IMG/VR virus record: IMGVR_UViG_3300008255_000081
Coordinates: 1 to 35,225 of that record
DNA from: a virus
Lineage: Duplodnaviria > Caudoviricetes
Length of the DNA stretch: 35,225 nucleotides
Strand: one strand, 5' to 3'
Positions 32,399-35,225 of the stretch are shown piece after piece. Position 1 is the first letter of the stretch. The number at the start of each line of letters is the position of its first letter. The position numbers and the translations under genes were made by a program. The notes under the pieces are model-generated. The model ran no database searches. It was given only the letters and a program-made list of their open reading frames with translations, and had not been told where the DNA came from.

Positions 32399-33565
32399 AT
32401 GTCAGAGAAAAAAAATGACGAAACCAAGGGAAATATTTTCGCCCAAGATGCAGGTTTTCAAGAGCGCAAGCAAGAGCTTGAAGACTTCAAGAAAGGAAAT
32501 GCTGGCCGTTTCACTGAAGTTCGAGAAGACGAGGAGCCGGAAACCCCGGATCCTGTCAAAGATCCTGATACTCCATCGGAGGAACCTGAAAAACCGGATA
32601 CACCGGAGGACACACCTGATGAAGATCAACCAACGGATCCAATCGATGACCCTGAAGAAGGTGAAGATGACGAGGATGACGACGAAACCCCCGCAGCAGC
32701 TTCAAAATCGGATGACGATGACGAGGATGACGACGAGGATGACGAAGAAGATCCTACCGGTCAGGATAAAAAACAGGGAACAAAAATCCCTATTGTGCGT
32801 TTTCACAAGGAGCGACGCAAGCGTAAGGAATTGCAACAACAATTGAAAGACCTGAACAAAAAGGTTGATCAGTTATCTGCTGCATCCCAAGGCGCGCCTA
32901 GCACCAAAGCGGATGACAAGGCTATCAAAGAATGGGCCGAGAAGAATGGTTTGAATAAAGATCATATCTCGGAGCTGGCTTCAATGATTCGGGAAACCGC
33001 GAAGCCAGACAGGGAAGCATTTTTAAAGGAAACTTTTGGTGATGATTTTTCACCAGAGAATCTGAAGGAGGTGATGACCCACGTAGCTACGTCAAAGGAA
33101 AAGGCTAAATTCGAACGAGAATTCAATACATTCTTGCCAGAATTGAAGAAGCAATATCCGAACGCGACTGATGATCAACTCACGAAAGTGAAACAAAAAC
33201 TTGATAAAATCAGTCACGATGATTGGGGGCGCGACAAAGACCTTGACTATATCGCATTCAAGAAGAAATCGACCTTGGATAAGATATTCGTTCAACCAGG
33301 AGCAGATCCAACACCTGCAAAGAAGCAGGTGAAGGGTCCTGAAACTGGGCGAATGGGTCAGGGAAGTCCGCAAACCTATACCGCAAAAGATTTTGAAGGG
33401 GACAGTCCAAAACCATTTTCTGTCCTAGATAAATTGCCTGATGCCGATCGTAAGAAGATAGTGTCTGAAATGAACCCCTTTGCTCGCCATGAGTATTATA
33501 AAACGCTTGGCAACGGAGGGGGTGACCTAATCAAACGCGGTGGCAAGACAATTGGAAAAATCTAG
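32399..33565 (+). CDS. Capsid scaffolding protein
   Basis: Very acidic N-terminus, IPIVRFHKER + coiled coil, immediately upstream of the coat gene. Confidence 0.8.
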   Translation: MSEKKNDETKGNIFAQDAGFQERKQELEDFKKGNAGRFTEVREDEEPETPDPVKDPDTPSEEPEKPDTPEDTPDEDQPTDPIDDPEEGEDDEDDDETPAAASKSDDDDEDDDEDDEEDPTGQDKKQGTKIPIVRFHKERRKRKELQQQLKDLNKKVDQLSAASQGAPSTKADDKAIKEWAEKNGLNKDHISELASMIRETAKPDREAFLKETFGDDFSPENLKEVMTHVATSKEKAKFEREFNTFLPELKKQYPNATDDQLTKVKQKLDKISHDDWGRDKDLDYIAFKKKSTLDKIFVQPGADPTPAKKQVKGPETGRMGQGSPQTYTAKDFEGDSPKPFSVLDKLPDADRKKIVSEMNPFARHEYYKTLGNGGGDLIKRGGKTIGKI

Positions 33566-33611
33566 CAAACAATAGGGGTTGATATCTATTAACCTAAATC
33601 AACCTCACAAC

Positions 33612-34883
33612 ATGGCAAACACTTTAGATGCCGGGATTCGCGATGTTTGGGCAACAGAGTATCAGGTGACGCACCACAAGCGTCCGGTATACCCTGCGAT
33701 CTCAAACTTCCGATTGCAACCCGATTTGGAAAAAGGTGACACGGTACACCGTCAATACCGTAACGAACTCGTAACGAATGATATGGGTTCACAGGGTGAA
33801 TATACCCGACAAGACATCGAGGACACTGATGAAACATTGGTGATCTCGTATGTGAAAGAAACCTCGTTCTACGTCAAGAAACTTGATGAAATTCAGAACA
33901 ACCCACCTGTAGCAATGAAACACGCCTACGATGCTTCAGTCGCTATTTTCAACCAGATTGATGCGGACGTGCTTGCACAGTACGACCAATTCAATCAGAC
34001 GTTGGATGCAGGTGATCTTGGCGGAACACCAGGTGAAGGAATCGTCGTTGTCGCTGGAAACGTGACAAAGATTTTCACCGGTTCGACATTGCTTTTGCAA
34101 CGTGCGAACATCATGATCGATAACAGTGCTGTCTTCACCGGTGTGAAGAAAGAGGATTCCGAAAAGGAAATGCCTGTAGCTGTTATTTCACCAGACGTAC
34201 TCGCTGCTATCATCGAGCGTTTGGACGGTCGTGACAGTGCTTTGGGTGACAAAGTTGCTATCCAAAGCCACTCTGGTCGTTACATGGGATATGAATTGTT
34301 CGTATCAAATGCGACTGGATGGTCAGGAGAATTGGGAATGGCAACAAACCCAACCGATGGTGACACCGTTGTCATCGGAGGTGTGACCTTCACCTTCCGC
34401 GCTTCGCCATCAGTAGCCGGTGATATTGATATTGCTGGTACCGTTGACGCTACTCGTGCATTGCTCGAGGATGCTATCAACAACGCCGATGGAAACGCAG
34501 CAGGTGCAGGGTCAGCAACAACGTACTACGAGGTGTCAGCGGCAAACCGCAAGCTCTTGAAGAACATTGTTGCGACAAACAACAACACGGATGATGTCTT
34601 GACACTCAAAGCGCGTGGAAAAGGATTCGTTATTGTTTCGGAAACCTTGACCGCAGCAGCAGACTTGTGGACACCTGCAAAGCAGATCCAGCACTGTCTG
34701 ATAGGGGTTGCGAACTCAATCGATGTTGTCGTTCAGCAAGAGCCAAACATGCTCGACAAAGATCGTGATGGATTCGTTGGTCGCGACATCGTGACCTGGG
34801 CTGCATACGGAATCAAAGTCTTCAATGAAGGCAAGCCGAAAATGATTGACGTATGGGTTCGCACAGATGCCTTTGTAAGCTAA
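33612..34883 (+). CDS. Major capsid protein (P22 coat-like) with insertion domain
   Basis: MANTL...VWA, KGDTVH, DTDETLVI, GRYMGYELFVSN and YGIKVF motifs. Confidence 0.88.
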   Translation: MANTLDAGIRDVWATEYQVTHHKRPVYPAISNFRLQPDLEKGDTVHRQYRNELVTNDMGSQGEYTRQDIEDTDETLVISYVKETSFYVKKLDEIQNNPPVAMKHAYDASVAIFNQIDADVLAQYDQFNQTLDAGDLGGTPGEGIVVVAGNVTKIFTGSTLLLQRANIMIDNSAVFTGVKKEDSEKEMPVAVISPDVLAAIIERLDGRDSALGDKVAIQSHSGRYMGYELFVSNATGWSGELGMATNPTDGDTVVIGGVTFTFRASPSVAGDIDIAGTVDATRALLEDAINNADGNAAGAGSATTYYEVSAANRKLLKNIVATNNNTDDVLTLKARGKGFVIVSETLTAAADLWTPAKQIQHCLIGVANSIDVVVQQEPNMLDKDRDGFVGRDIVTWAAYGIKVFNEGKPKMIDVWVRTDAFVS

Positions 34884-34896
34884 ACCTAATCAAACC

Positions 34897-35142
34897 ATGA
34901 CTAATTTTCAGAAATTTGTTCTTGGTGCAGTAGGGGAAATGTTTATCCTTGATGCAATGTATTCAGGTGACTACGCATGGACAATCGCGACATCCTCATA
35001 CGTTGGGGGCGCGACGTTCGATGAATCAACCTGCGCAGACTTTCAATCAACCGCAGCCAATGGTGATCGACTTTTCATCACGGCCGTTGCTACCGATAGC
35101 GACACTGCGGCGATACTCTCTTGTCAGTATCACGATCAGTAG
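34897..35142 (+). CDS. Small post-capsid protein (possible decoration protein)
   Basis: 81 aa, 13 nt after the coat gene stop. Confidence 0.55.
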   Translation: MTNFQKFVLGAVGEMFILDAMYSGDYAWTIATSSYVGGATFDESTCADFQSTAANGDRLFITAVATDSDTAAILSCQYHDQ

Positions 35143-35225
35143 TCTGTTCACCCAGTCCCTTCCGGGGGTTGGGATGAGCAGATTTGCTCTTATTACTCAA
35201 TTTCATCAACAAAAATATGGGTCCA
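35103..35225. repeat. Terminal direct repeat, right copy
   Basis: Identical to bases 1-123. Confidence 0.97.

Noticed and set aside
32530-32760. GAT/GAC/GAA-rich and PDTP repeats as an array or CRISPR
   Set aside because: Low-complexity acidic linker of the scaffold protein; no repeat-spacer structure
34897-35142. Possible internal deletion in the post-capsid gene (begins like a truncated signal peptide, MTNFQKFVLGAVG)
   Set aside because: Cannot be supported without homologues or reads; the ORF is intact as given
35103-35225. 123-bp terminal repeat as a biological DTR or att site
   Set aside because: It cuts through coding sequence in the head module; best explained as the overlap of a circular assembly

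Overview
The window is a complete, circularly assembled tailed-phage genome of about 35,102 bp; bases 1-123 are repeated exactly at 35103-35225. The architecture is P22-like (podovirus). The packaging and head genes are terS, YopX-like, terL, portal, scaffold and coat (26458-35142). These continue across the junction into head/tail accessories, fibres, adaptor, nozzle, two ejection proteins, a tri-modular endolysin and a holin (1-18401). The early region carries RusA, a lambda-O-like initiator with internal iterons, Acb2/Tad1-like and Tad2-like genes, HU, and a leftward operon ending in a C5 DNA methyltransferase and one small gene. I recognised no integrase, repressor, polymerase, helicase or tRNA. 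Shine-Dalgarno-less starts and signal-peptide-bearing virion genes suggest a Patescibacteria (CPR) host; this is inference. The most notable observations are: (1) a 1761-aa ejection protein with an ADP-ribosyltransferase-like payload between repeated bracket motifs, a second nearly empty bracket, and a C-terminal HNH-like domain; (2) fibre proteins with Sec-type signal peptides next to small membrane proteins and a second papain-like protease; (3) tandem candidate immune-signal sponges; (4) a candidate rod-shaped sRNA with its own promoter and terminator; (5) an overprinted EcoHK31I-beta-like frame inside the methyltransferase; (6) a split nozzle gene. All family calls are from motif recognition by eye, not database searches.
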